In this document: piece after piece, positions 1 through 8,000 of the stretch
Layout of the letters: every line of letters starts with the position of its first letter
Position numbering within the stretch: position 1 is the first letter of the stretch
DNA from: a virus
IMG/VR virus record: IMGVR_UViG_3300044712_000688
Coordinates: 64,001 to 128,000 of that record
Reading direction: 5' to 3' (one strand)
DNA: 64,000 nt
Made by a program: the position numbers and the translations under genes
Notes under the pieces: model-generated
The model's database searches: none
What the model was told of the DNA's origin: nothing
Seen by the model: the letters and a program-made list of their open reading frames with translations, nothing else

Positions 1-81
1 AATTTTCAAAAAAATCGTCCAGGGGTACCATACTTCAACAAAAAGTCAAGCCCCACGCCAAATAATAGACGCCCCTACGGG

Positions 82-89
82 TGTAAAAT
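82..89 (+). promoter_or_regulatory. Putative -10 element (TGTAAAAT) upstream of structured leader and NlpC/P60 gene
   Basis: TGTAAAAT at 82-89, about 7 nt before the start of a long-range helix; resembles the GGTAAAAT motif seen elsewhere in the window. Confidence 0.4.
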
Positions 90-96
90 AGATCAT

Positions 97-196
97 ACGG
101 AGAGCACATCCGAGCAATAAAAGCTCAGGGTGTGCTTTTTTGCATCTCTGGATATTTGGAGTTGCATTGGGTATTTGCTTATGCTAGGCTCTCCGT
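97..196 (+). ncRNA. Candidate structured RNA / leader element
   Basis: ACGGAGAGC (97-105) pairs perfectly with GCTCTCCGT (188-196) and encloses several hairpins; an alternative hairpin 102-137 is followed by a T-run. Confidence 0.35.
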
Positions 197-272
197 TTAT
201 AACTGAATATTGAAACAAACACCAAGACAATAAACGCCGAGAAATTACTCTCAAAGGAAAGGTAGGCGCTAA

Positions 273-872
273 ATGAAATGGTTAACATTTCTACTGACTG
301 CATCCACAACGGCAGCCACCGCAACAAATGCGGGGGTGCTGCCCCCAGGATCAGAAGTAACAAACGCCCCTACGGCCGTAGTCTCATTCCAAGAGCACGA
401 GCCGGAGGATCTGATGAAGACAATCTTCGCTATGCAAGTAGAGAAGACTCTTCTAGAAGAACAAGTAGCTCGTGCAGAGCAACTTGAGGCAAACCGAACA
501 AAACTAGACGCTATGGTTTCCAAACTCCAAAAGACGGTTGGAAAAACATGGTACGTCTTCTCCGGAGCCACCCCACAAGGTTGGGATTGCTCTGGCCTAG
601 TGCTTTGGGCCTACGAACAAGTAGGGATCACCCTGGAGCACCGTGCATCACTCCAAGCCACGGCAGGAAAAGTAACAGACGCCCCTACTCCAGGTGACAT
701 CGTTGTATTCACCTACAAGGGATATAAGTCCGCTTACCACACTGCAATTTACATTGGTAATGGATTGATGATTCATGCTCCACGCAGGGGTGAGGTGACT
801 CGAATCGAGTCCGTTGAGCAATTCGCAGGAAACTATTCCAAAATTACGTATCGAAACCTGCTTGACAACTAA
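273..872 (+). CDS. NlpC/P60 peptidoglycan endopeptidase with N-terminal signal peptide
   Basis: GWDCSGLV catalytic Cys motif, HTAIYIGNGLMIHAP His motif, hydrophobic Ala/Thr N-terminus, strong RBS (AAGGAAAGG). Confidence 0.9.
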   Translation: MKWLTFLLTASTTAATATNAGVLPPGSEVTNAPTAVVSFQEHEPEDLMKTIFAMQVEKTLLEEQVARAEQLEANRTKLDAMVSKLQKTVGKTWYVFSGATPQGWDCSGLVLWAYEQVGITLEHRASLQATAGKVTDAPTPGDIVVFTYKGYKSAYHTAIYIGNGLMIHAPRRGEVTRIESVEQFAGNYSKITYRNLLDN

Positions 873-880
873 ACCATAAG

Positions 881-1093
881 GTGTATGCTTGTTGTATGGC
901 AAATACGAACCCAACAAGCGACACCGTAACGGTAGTAAGTGCCGACCCTTTTGCAATCCTATTTTTTGCTGGGGTCGGCATTTACTTTCTCGTGCGTCTA
1001 TTCCACCTCTACAAGCTCTACCGTAAGCACAAGAAAAACAACGAACCTTCGGCGCTCTTAGGCGTCGTCTACCCGCATAAGGACGTCCATTAA
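881..1093 (+). CDS. Small single-TM membrane protein (start may be ATG 896)
   Basis: Hydrophobic stretch FAILFFAGVGIYFLV followed by basic residues; packed in operon. Confidence 0.6.
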   Translation: MYACCMANTNPTSDTVTVVSADPFAILFFAGVGIYFLVRLFHLYKLYRKHKKNNEPSALLGVVYPHKDVH

Positions 1094-1303
1094 ATGACAC
1101 GCTTCATTCTTTTCCTTCGCCAGATTGCCTGGATCCCCACACTCTCCATTATTTCGGCTCTGACGGCTCTGCTAATCACAATAACGGCGTCTATTACTAC
1201 GACTCCCGCCACCCCCGCCACAAGCATCCTTGCCGTCGCAATGCTCGCAATAACCCTTAGCCTGATCTCTATTGCACTGGCAATTTTGAGCGATAAGGAA
1301 TGA
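1094..1303 (+). CDS. Small two-TM membrane protein (holin-like topology)
   Basis: Two long hydrophobic segments; abuts the neighbouring ORFs. Confidence 0.6.
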   Translation: MTRFILFLRQIAWIPTLSIISALTALLITITASITTTPATPATSILAVAMLAITLSLISIALAILSDKE

Positions 1304-1485
1304 AAATGACATCTCCACTGATTGTTATTTTGACAATTGCAGGTTTTGCAGCTACTCTTCTAGCAGTTCTGTTTTTGACTGTAAAAACGCTCTACACGGC
1401 ACTATCAGAAGATGACGGATCTATTCACGACTTAGGAGACGGAGAGAACTTTGCGAGACAAACCAGTAGTAATCGAAACAACTAG
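1300..1485 (+). CDS. Small single-TM membrane protein
   Basis: N-terminal hydrophobic helix; ATGA overlap with upstream gene. Confidence 0.6.
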   Translation: MKMTSPLIVILTIAGFAATLLAVLFLTVKTLYTALSEDDGSIHDLGDGENFARQTSSNRNN

Positions 1486-1723
1486 TTACGAGGAGTTTCG
1501 CGACAACATTCATCTGACCCAGCTGTTTGACATGCTCGACTGCACGGTAGAGATTGTTGCCAGCCCGATTGGACCTGTAGAGGACATCGAGCGAATTGTT
1601 GCACTGATTGAATCAATGATCAACGTTGTTGACGTACGAATTACGTCTCACGTTGACAGTGAGGATTATGTGATAACTTTAACCCCTGTTGTAATGACCG
1701 CAATTAAGCGACCACGAAAGTAA
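1451..1723 (+). CDS. Hypothetical protein
   Basis: TTG start with GGAGAG RBS; TAATG coupling to next gene. Confidence 0.6.
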   Translation: MRDKPVVIETTSYEEFRDNIHLTQLFDMLDCTVEIVASPIGPVEDIERIVALIESMINVVDVRITSHVDSEDYVITLTPVVMTAIKRPRK

Positions 1724-2277
1724 TGACAAACATGAACGAGTACATCAAGAAGAATCAGAAGCTGCCAAAGGTTATTTACGACATCTTTGCTGAATCTGTA
1801 TCAACCGATTTCCGAGATCAGCTGATCCGCGAGCTACGCGATAAGGGCTGGACTCTCGAGGCGATCTCAGGAGCGTCTGGGCTAACCCGTGAGCGCGTCC
1901 GCCAGATTGCAAAGACCAGCATTCCAGGCTTCCACACCCGCCTAGAGCTCCCAGAGCCTCCGCTAAAGCCAGAGAAGCCAAAGCCTGTTTACGTAGAGCC
2001 TTCTGCAGCTACGCTTGAGCGTCTACTAGAGCTTCAGCCATACGCCCAGCAGGTCCGCTCTAACGGCAAGAAGTACCGCGAGGAGGCCGAGGAATACACA
2101 CGCCTACTAAATCACGCACACACCGTAGAAGGCGTTACTCTGTACCGTCTTGCTAAGCGTCTTGGCGTTACTCACGGAGCCCTGCGCTTCCGTCTTGCAC
2201 GCTACGGCTACAAGAAGCCAGTAACGGCGACCTCTAAGGTTTACACTCCGATCTCGGCAGAGAACCGTATTAAGTAA
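1723..2277 (+). CDS. Double helix-turn-helix DNA-binding protein (sigma-70 region 4-like first HTH)
   Basis: WTLEAISGASGLTRERVRQI and VTLYRLAKRLGVTHGALRFRL HTH patterns. Confidence 0.75.
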   Translation: MTNMNEYIKKNQKLPKVIYDIFAESVSTDFRDQLIRELRDKGWTLEAISGASGLTRERVRQIAKTSIPGFHTRLELPEPPLKPEKPKPVYVEPSAATLERLLELQPYAQQVRSNGKKYREEAEEYTRLLNHAHTVEGVTLYRLAKRLGVTHGALRFRLARYGYKKPVTATSKVYTPISAENRIK

Positions 2278-2286
2278 GGACAATAA

Positions 2287-2607
2287 ATGAGTTTCACAGT
2301 TAAGAGCAGGCTAGAAGATCTAGTAGGCAAAAGGGTACGAATCACACTAGACAAGCGTGCTAAGGCATTTCACAACGATCTTTGGATTGGTGACCGCTTT
2401 GAGCAGGACGGACTTATCTTGTCTGGATTACTTACCGAAGTCAACAAGCACGGAGTTTTCTTCCATCACTTCTCAGAGGGTCTTGTAGCGTGGTCACAAG
2501 CCAAGCAGGCTTTCGAAGAGGGCAAGCTAGACGAAGAGCGTTTCTGGGAAGAGCAGACTGAACCTATGTTCTTCCCGTGGCACTCGATTGTTGCAATCGG
2601 CGTCTAA
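2287..2607 (+). CDS. Hypothetical protein (possible Sm/SH3-like fold)
   Basis: LVGKRVRITL...FFPWHSIVAI pattern; RBS AAGGA. Confidence 0.6.
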   Translation: MSFTVKSRLEDLVGKRVRITLDKRAKAFHNDLWIGDRFEQDGLILSGLLTEVNKHGVFFHHFSEGLVAWSQAKQAFEEGKLDEERFWEEQTEPMFFPWHSIVAIGV

Positions 2608-2608
2608 A

Positions 2609-2896
2609 ATGTCTGGATTTCTATACAAGTCTTTTCACGAGGTGCCACTAGAGCGCCCGGAACGCTACATCAAGCAGCTGAATACGCACTTGTCTAAGAA
2701 GGGAGCCCTCCAAGAGGGCTTCCTTCTATTTCCAAACTTAGGAGCAGCCCTAGCCTACGAGGGCCCTAATACGGTTTACCTGAAAGCCTACGCGGATGAC
2801 GAAACATCCCTAGAGAAGATTCAAGATATTCTAGTTAAGCATTTATACAAGTTTGCTAAACTTAACGAAGACGCACACTGGAAAAGAATCGAGTAA
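2609..2896 (+). CDS. DUF2218-family protein
   Basis: RPERYIKQLNTHL and LEKIQDILVKHLYKFA match my recollection of the DUF2218 pattern; ATG 2609 preferred over TTG 2588. Confidence 0.7.
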   Translation: MSGFLYKSFHEVPLERPERYIKQLNTHLSKKGALQEGFLLFPNLGAALAYEGPNTVYLKAYADDETSLEKIQDILVKHLYKFAKLNEDAHWKRIE

Positions 2897-2898
2897 TT

Positions 2899-3504
2899 AT
2901 GCTTTCTAAAATAGTTAAAGAAGCTTCACAAGATGCTCACACTTCTGCCGAGCGTAGCCCGTTTATGACTGCGCTTATGCGCGGTCAGGTAGGAGCTGAC
3001 GCTTACGCGGATTACCTAACCCAGCTTGCTCCAATTTACGAAGCCCTTGAAGGCTGGGACGACCGTAGTAACCCGTGGCCGATGTTTGACCGCAGACTAG
3101 ACCGCTTCCAGCGAATCGTTTGCGACATAGAATCCCTAGGCGGATCCAAGATAGTTTGCAACAGCACGCTAGAGTACGTAGACCACATCAACAAGCTGGT
3201 CCGCACTAAGGACTGGACGCGCCTACTAGCTCACCACTACACCCGCTATCTCGGAGATCTCTCAGGTGGGCAGGCTATTGCATCTCTTGTTATGCGCAAC
3301 CTGATGATTCCCCCAAACTTCCTCTCTTTCTACGAGTTTGACGAGATCGAGGACAAGGTCCGCTACAAGGAAACCTACCGCGAGGGCCTAGATAGTCTGA
3401 ACCTTTCTACCGCTGACACGAAGATCTTTATTGACGAAGTCATCCTTGCCTTCAGGTTCAATCAGTACATCTTTGCTGAACTAGAAAAGCGCTGGCTAGC
3501 GTAA
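2899..3504 (+). CDS. Biliverdin-producing heme oxygenase
   Basis: Proximal His in AHTSAE, LLAHHYTRYLGDLSGGQ signature, FYEF and AFRFN motifs. Confidence 0.92.
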   Translation: MLSKIVKEASQDAHTSAERSPFMTALMRGQVGADAYADYLTQLAPIYEALEGWDDRSNPWPMFDRRLDRFQRIVCDIESLGGSKIVCNSTLEYVDHINKLVRTKDWTRLLAHHYTRYLGDLSGGQAIASLVMRNLMIPPNFLSFYEFDEIEDKVRYKETYREGLDSLNLSTADTKIFIDEVILAFRFNQYIFAELEKRWLA

Positions 3505-3584
3505 TGACTGCTTTGCTTAGAATTCTTAGAAACCTTTTCAAGGGAAAGAAGAATAAGCAAAAGCGTAGAGACTTCATCTACTGA
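3504..3584 (+). CDS. 26-aa basic micropeptide MTALLRILRNLFKGKKNKQKRRDFIY (not in ORF track)
   Basis: TAATG overlap with heme oxygenase stop; ends 2 nt before the carbamoyltransferase ATG; fills the gap exactly. Confidence 0.65.
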   Translation: MTALLRILRNLFKGKKNKQKRRDFIY

Positions 3585-3586
3585 CC

Positions 3587-5026
3587 ATGAAAATACTAGG
3601 CATTAACGAGACCTCTCACGATGCTGCTGTATGTCTAATAGAAGACGGGGATATTCTCTACGCATCTCACGCAGAACGCTTCAGCGGTGTAAAGAATGAC
3701 GTTTCTCTAAACTCAGCAATTCTTCAAGAAGCACTGTCTTACGGAACCCCGGATCGAGTGGCGTATTTCGAGAACAGCGCACTAAAGCGACTGCGTCTAC
3801 TAACTCGCGGTGGCCTACAACCAGCCAAGCCCTACTACAAAACTTATGCGCCCCTACAGGGCATACCAGTCACGTCCGTTTCACATCACAGGTCCCACGC
3901 GTCTGCGGGCTACTACACATCTGGCTTTGATGACGCTGTAGTTATTGTTCTTGATGCGATTGGCGAGTTCACCACTAGTTCCGTTTGGGCGGGCGAAGGT
4001 GACAAGTTGACACGAATCAAGAGCTGGAGCTACCCATACAGCTTCGGATTGTTCTACTCAGCGTTTACCCAGTTGATCGGGCTGAAGCCGAACGAGGAAG
4101 AATACATTTTGATGGGAATGTCTGCTTACGGAGATCCAGAGAAATACTTAGACAAAGTTTCCGAGTACTTCCCTTCTGTTTACAAGCAGAGCTACAACTT
4201 TCACCGAGGCATCAATAACTGGGGGCAAGAGATCTCGGAAGAAGATAGGTTCCACATTGCAGCTTCAGTGCAGAAAGTCTATGAAGACCGCTTATGGGAT
4301 TTTGTCTACATTGCTAGACAAGAATCGGACAGTTCCAATTTAGTTTTCATGGGCGGATGCGCACTAAACAGTAAAGCCAACACATTACTTCACGACATCT
4401 TTCCTAACGTATGGATCATGCCAAACCCTGGCGATGCCGGATCATCTCTCGGCGCTGCGGCTTCCGTCTACGGAGCACATTTAAACTGGCAGACGCCGTA
4501 TCTAGGTTCGGATATCGCTGGTGACTACCCAGTGCAGAAAATTGTTGACGGCATTCTGTCTGACGGAATCGTAGCTGTAGCATCAGGACGCGCTGAGTTC
4601 GGTCCTAGGGCATTAGGCAACAGGAGCCTTCTTGCCGATGCTCGCGATCCTCTAGTCAAACTTCGACTGAACGAAATCAAGGGCCGAGAAGATTTTAGGC
4701 CCGTAGCTCCTGTAATTATGGAAGAGTACGCTCACGAGTGGTTTGATATGGACTACACCTCTCCGTACATGCAATTTACGCCTCGATGCCTAAAGCCAGA
4801 ACTGATTCCAGCTGCCGTGCATGTAGACGGCACCTCTAGGGTTCAGACAGTCAATAGGAGCCAACACCAAGGTCTCTATGACACCCTTTCTGAATACCGA
4901 AAGCTCACGGGCATTCCTGTTCTACTGAACACCAGCTTGAACATCAAAGGCCAGCCACTTGTAAACACAGCAGAGGACGCACGGAAGTGGTCTCTTGTAA
5001 ACAAGATGGAGGTTCTCGGTGCGTAG
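3587..5026 (+). CDS. Carbamoyltransferase (NodU/CmcH/TobZ family)
   Basis: HDAA, HHRSHA, GGCALN, PGDAGSSLGAA, EFGPRALGNRS, FRPVAP, HVDGTSRVQTV and LLNTSLN motifs. Confidence 0.95.
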   Translation: MKILGINETSHDAAVCLIEDGDILYASHAERFSGVKNDVSLNSAILQEALSYGTPDRVAYFENSALKRLRLLTRGGLQPAKPYYKTYAPLQGIPVTSVSHHRSHASAGYYTSGFDDAVVIVLDAIGEFTTSSVWAGEGDKLTRIKSWSYPYSFGLFYSAFTQLIGLKPNEEEYILMGMSAYGDPEKYLDKVSEYFPSVYKQSYNFHRGINNWGQEISEEDRFHIAASVQKVYEDRLWDFVYIARQESDSSNLVFMGGCALNSKANTLLHDIFPNVWIMPNPGDAGSSLGAAASVYGAHLNWQTPYLGSDIAGDYPVQKIVDGILSDGIVAVASGRAEFGPRALGNRSLLADARDPLVKLRLNEIKGREDFRPVAPVIMEEYAHEWFDMDYTSPYMQFTPRCLKPELIPAAVHVDGTSRVQTVNRSQHQGLYDTLSEYRKLTGIPVLLNTSLNIKGQPLVNTAEDARKWSLVNKMEVLGA

Positions 5027-5936
5027 GTGGGTAGATACTCCGGGAATTAGAGAATCCATAGAATCATTTAGGGCCGAGAATGTCGAACCCACAAAGACTA
5101 TTCCACTAGGGTCCGAGCTTTATAAGTTCAATACGACAACTTCAAGATTTAAGACTGTCTGCAAAAATGCATCCAAGATTGACAAAGCCTTTGATCCAAG
5201 CCAGCTTTACGTTCTAAATTCTGACGGGCTCAGGTCTGATGAATTCACCAGCGAGCATGACGGTAAGCACGTTCTTTTTGCTGGATGCTCAGTTACCGCA
5301 GGTGAGGGACTTTTACTGGAACACACATGGGCATATAAGGTCTACCAAGAGCTAGCTCAGACAGAGAAACTGTCTGGCTATTTCAACATTGCTTTTCCAG
5401 GGGCATCTATTGCAGAGATAATCTCTCAAATATTTAGATACATAAATCTGTACGGCAACCCTTCAACTATTTTTGTCAACTTCCCCGACCCTGACCGAGA
5501 GTACTACTACGCATCAGCTATGGATTTCAGGGAGAGCGACTCCGTCCATGGCATAGACGATCCGATGAAACTAGTAGACACCAAGCAAATTGACTCACTT
5601 GTTTTTGCTTTGTATCTAGCGTTGAATGTCTACTGTAGGGCGCAGGGGATAACTCTGATAGCGACTACGTGGGCATCTTTAGAGTGGCGCACAGATCTAG
5701 AACACTACTCAGGGGATGTTCGAGAGAGCCTTCTAGGTCTCGACTTGACTAATCAGGAAAGTGCGATAGAAGCCCACTGTCAGAACTATGAGCTAGAATA
5801 TAAACACAGTAAATACAAAAAGTTTTTTCGCGATGCTCTTGACGAAGATCACCAAGGTCTAGCGATACATGATTACTATTCTAAATATTTTATGAATCGG
5901 TATCATGACAGTAGAGATGCAGAGATTGGATTCTAA
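5019..5936 (+). CDS. Hypothetical protein, SGNH/GDSL-like fold
   Basis: LFAGCSVTAGEG block I-like motif, NIAFPGAS, C-terminal DHQG; overlaps carbamoyltransferase stop. Confidence 0.55.
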   Translation: MRRWVDTPGIRESIESFRAENVEPTKTIPLGSELYKFNTTTSRFKTVCKNASKIDKAFDPSQLYVLNSDGLRSDEFTSEHDGKHVLFAGCSVTAGEGLLLEHTWAYKVYQELAQTEKLSGYFNIAFPGASIAEIISQIFRYINLYGNPSTIFVNFPDPDREYYYASAMDFRESDSVHGIDDPMKLVDTKQIDSLVFALYLALNVYCRAQGITLIATTWASLEWRTDLEHYSGDVRESLLGLDLTNQESAIEAHCQNYELEYKHSKYKKFFRDALDEDHQGLAIHDYYSKYFMNRYHDSRDAEIGF

Positions 5937-7339
5937 TGGGTAAAAGCATTATGGAGCAGATTGCGCTCCTGCCCCCAGAAGAACAGCGTGCAGCATTGGC
6001 AGGTCTGGACCCAGAGCAATTGATGTGGGACTGGTCCGTATGGGGGCGTCCAGAACAGCAAGCTCCTGAAGGCGACTGGAATATCTGGCTTGTACTAGCA
6101 GGTCGTGGTTTCGGTAAGACTCGCCTTGCGTCCGAATGGGTGCGCGAAGAAGCGAAATACACCAACACCGGCCAGCGTCGTTTCGGTCTGGTTGCCCGTA
6201 CCGCAGCCGACGTGCGTGACGTTATCGTTGAAGGTGAGTCAGGAATCCTGAACGTCACTCCTCCGAGCGAGCGTCCACTCTACGAGCCTTCGAAACGTCG
6301 TCTAACTTGGCCTAACGGAAATACCGCCACACTCTTCACCGCGGATGAGCCTGACTCGCTCCGTGGTCCTCAGTTCACTCACGCATGGGGCGATGAGATC
6401 GCGGCTTGGCGTCAAACCCCAGACGCTGCAGGCATGACTGCGTTTGACAACTTACGCGTTGGTACTCGTCTTGGTGCACACCCAAAGATTCTGGTTACCA
6501 CTACCCCGAAGCGCACACCGCTTCTTTACAAACTTATCGAAGAGTCCATGAAGGGCGACATCGTAAAGATCACTCGCGGTTCAACAATGGACAACGCAGG
6601 TAACCTGTCTGGCGCGTATCTTGACACAATGCTTGGCGTTTACGAGGGAACATCTCTTGCCCGTCAGGAACTCTACGGTGAAATGCTTGAGGCCATGGAA
6701 GGCGCTCTTTGGACCGAGGAAATGATTGAAGCTGGTAGAGAAAGCTACTACCCGCTCTCTACACCACTAAGAGTGATTGGAGTTGATCCATCTGTTGCGG
6801 AAAATCCGAGAGATGAGTGCGGCATTGTTGTTTGCGCTTCTACTTCTGAGCATGATCTTTATAAGCGCCAAGCCTGGGTATTGGAAGACGCGTCAGTCCA
6901 CGGTTCCCCGGACGTTTGGGCCAATCAGGTTGTTAAAATGGCTCGCAAATGGGGTTGTCCTGTTGTTGCGGAAGTTAATCAGGGCGGTGCACTTGTACGC
7001 AACGCGATTAACACCATCGACCCAACTATTAAAGTCCTCGAAGTCCACTCTAAGCAAGGAAAAGCTCTCCGAGCAGAGCCAATTACACTAGCCTACGAGC
7101 AACAGCGTGTCCACCACGTCGGATATCTTGCTGATTTGGAGTCACAGATGATCTCTTGGGTGCCTGGAGAGGGTAAATCGCCTGACCGTGTTGACGCTTT
7201 GGTGCATGCAATGACTGCACTGCTCATTAAACCGCCTGCAGGCTTCTCTGGAGGCAAAATTCGCGCTAAATCGCTATCTGATCGCCGAATTCCGAATACT
7301 AGACCAGGAAATAACGGAAAAATCTTCCGAGTACGCTAA
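5936..7339 (+). CDS. terL: Terminase large subunit
   Basis: Walker A AGRGFGKT, LRGPQF, Walker B WGDEIAAW, nuclease VIGVDPS and SPDRVDA. Confidence 0.95.
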   Translation: MGKSIMEQIALLPPEEQRAALAGLDPEQLMWDWSVWGRPEQQAPEGDWNIWLVLAGRGFGKTRLASEWVREEAKYTNTGQRRFGLVARTAADVRDVIVEGESGILNVTPPSERPLYEPSKRRLTWPNGNTATLFTADEPDSLRGPQFTHAWGDEIAAWRQTPDAAGMTAFDNLRVGTRLGAHPKILVTTTPKRTPLLYKLIEESMKGDIVKITRGSTMDNAGNLSGAYLDTMLGVYEGTSLARQELYGEMLEAMEGALWTEEMIEAGRESYYPLSTPLRVIGVDPSVAENPRDECGIVVCASTSEHDLYKRQAWVLEDASVHGSPDVWANQVVKMARKWGCPVVAEVNQGGALVRNAINTIDPTIKVLEVHSKQGKALRAEPITLAYEQQRVHHVGYLADLESQMISWVPGEGKSPDRVDALVHAMTALLIKPPAGFSGGKIRAKSLSDRRIPNTRPGNNGKIFRVR

Positions 7340-7704
7340 TGAAAGTTTTACTAGACGTGTTTCCGGCTCACCTAGCGGTGGTTCCAGCTGGCACTTTTGA
7401 TGATGTTTACTCTTTAAAGTCGAATCCGGCTACCCCCGACGCGTTTTATAGGGCAACTACCCGCGTTGTTGTCACTGAAGAGGCTATTTTTGTTGCTCAG
7501 GACTCTCCAAATGGTGCTCAGATCATTTTTCAGGAGAAATATGACCTTTTACTGCCTGCTGCAGACAAAAAAAGTGATTACAGGGTTGTAACCAAGTCTG
7601 GAAAGATGCTAGCATTCCAAAAAGACACCAATTGCGGGTGCGGATCACGCCTTCGCAGTTGGAATGCGTATAAAACTATTACGGCACTGAAGGACGGACT
7701 ATGA
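7339..7704 (+). CDS. Hypothetical protein with C-terminal CGCG motif
   Basis: Translationally coupled ORF between terL and portal. Confidence 0.7.
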   Translation: MKVLLDVFPAHLAVVPAGTFDDVYSLKSNPATPDAFYRATTRVVVTEEAIFVAQDSPNGAQIIFQEKYDLLLPAADKKSDYRVVTKSGKMLAFQKDTNCGCGSRLRSWNAYKTITALKDGL

Positions 7705-7988
7705 GTATTGACTGGTTTTCGTACTTGCTATTAGTTTTAGCTGCTTATAGAGTTACTCGAGCAATAACTACGGACACAATCTTTGAATTTGCTCGAGAAA
7801 AAGTGTGGAAAAGGTTTCCACCAGATACAAAACTTGGATATTTGATCACTTGCAACTGGTGTACTGGTTTCTGGGTGTCAATTGTCTTTGTCGTGGCTTA
7901 TATTTTAGTGCCAGATATCGTTTTTGTGGTATCATTAGTCTTATCAACGTCTGCATTAGTGGGTATCATTTCTTCTAAGGCTGAATAA
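7701..7988 (+). CDS. DUF1360-like membrane protein
   Basis: YRVTRAITTDTIF and YLITCNWCTGFWVS CxWC motif with TM segments. Confidence 0.75.
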   Translation: MSIDWFSYLLLVLAAYRVTRAITTDTIFEFAREKVWKRFPPDTKLGYLITCNWCTGFWVSIVFVVAYILVPDIVFVVSLVLSTSALVGIISSKAE

Positions 7989-8000
7989 CAGGGAGTACCC

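Noticed and set aside
97-272. c-di-AMP (ydaO) riboswitch upstream of NlpC/P60
   Set aside because: The context fits, but I could not find the characteristic conserved segments; kept only as an unidentified structured RNA.
69-688. ACGCCCCTAC repeated at 69, 364 and 679
   Set aside because: Two copies are in coding sequence (N/D-A-P-T) with irregular spacing; probably chance.
2899-3504. Cyanophage-type phycobilin synthesis module
   Set aside because: No bilin reductase or photosynthesis gene is in the window, and the other genes point to an actinobacterial host.
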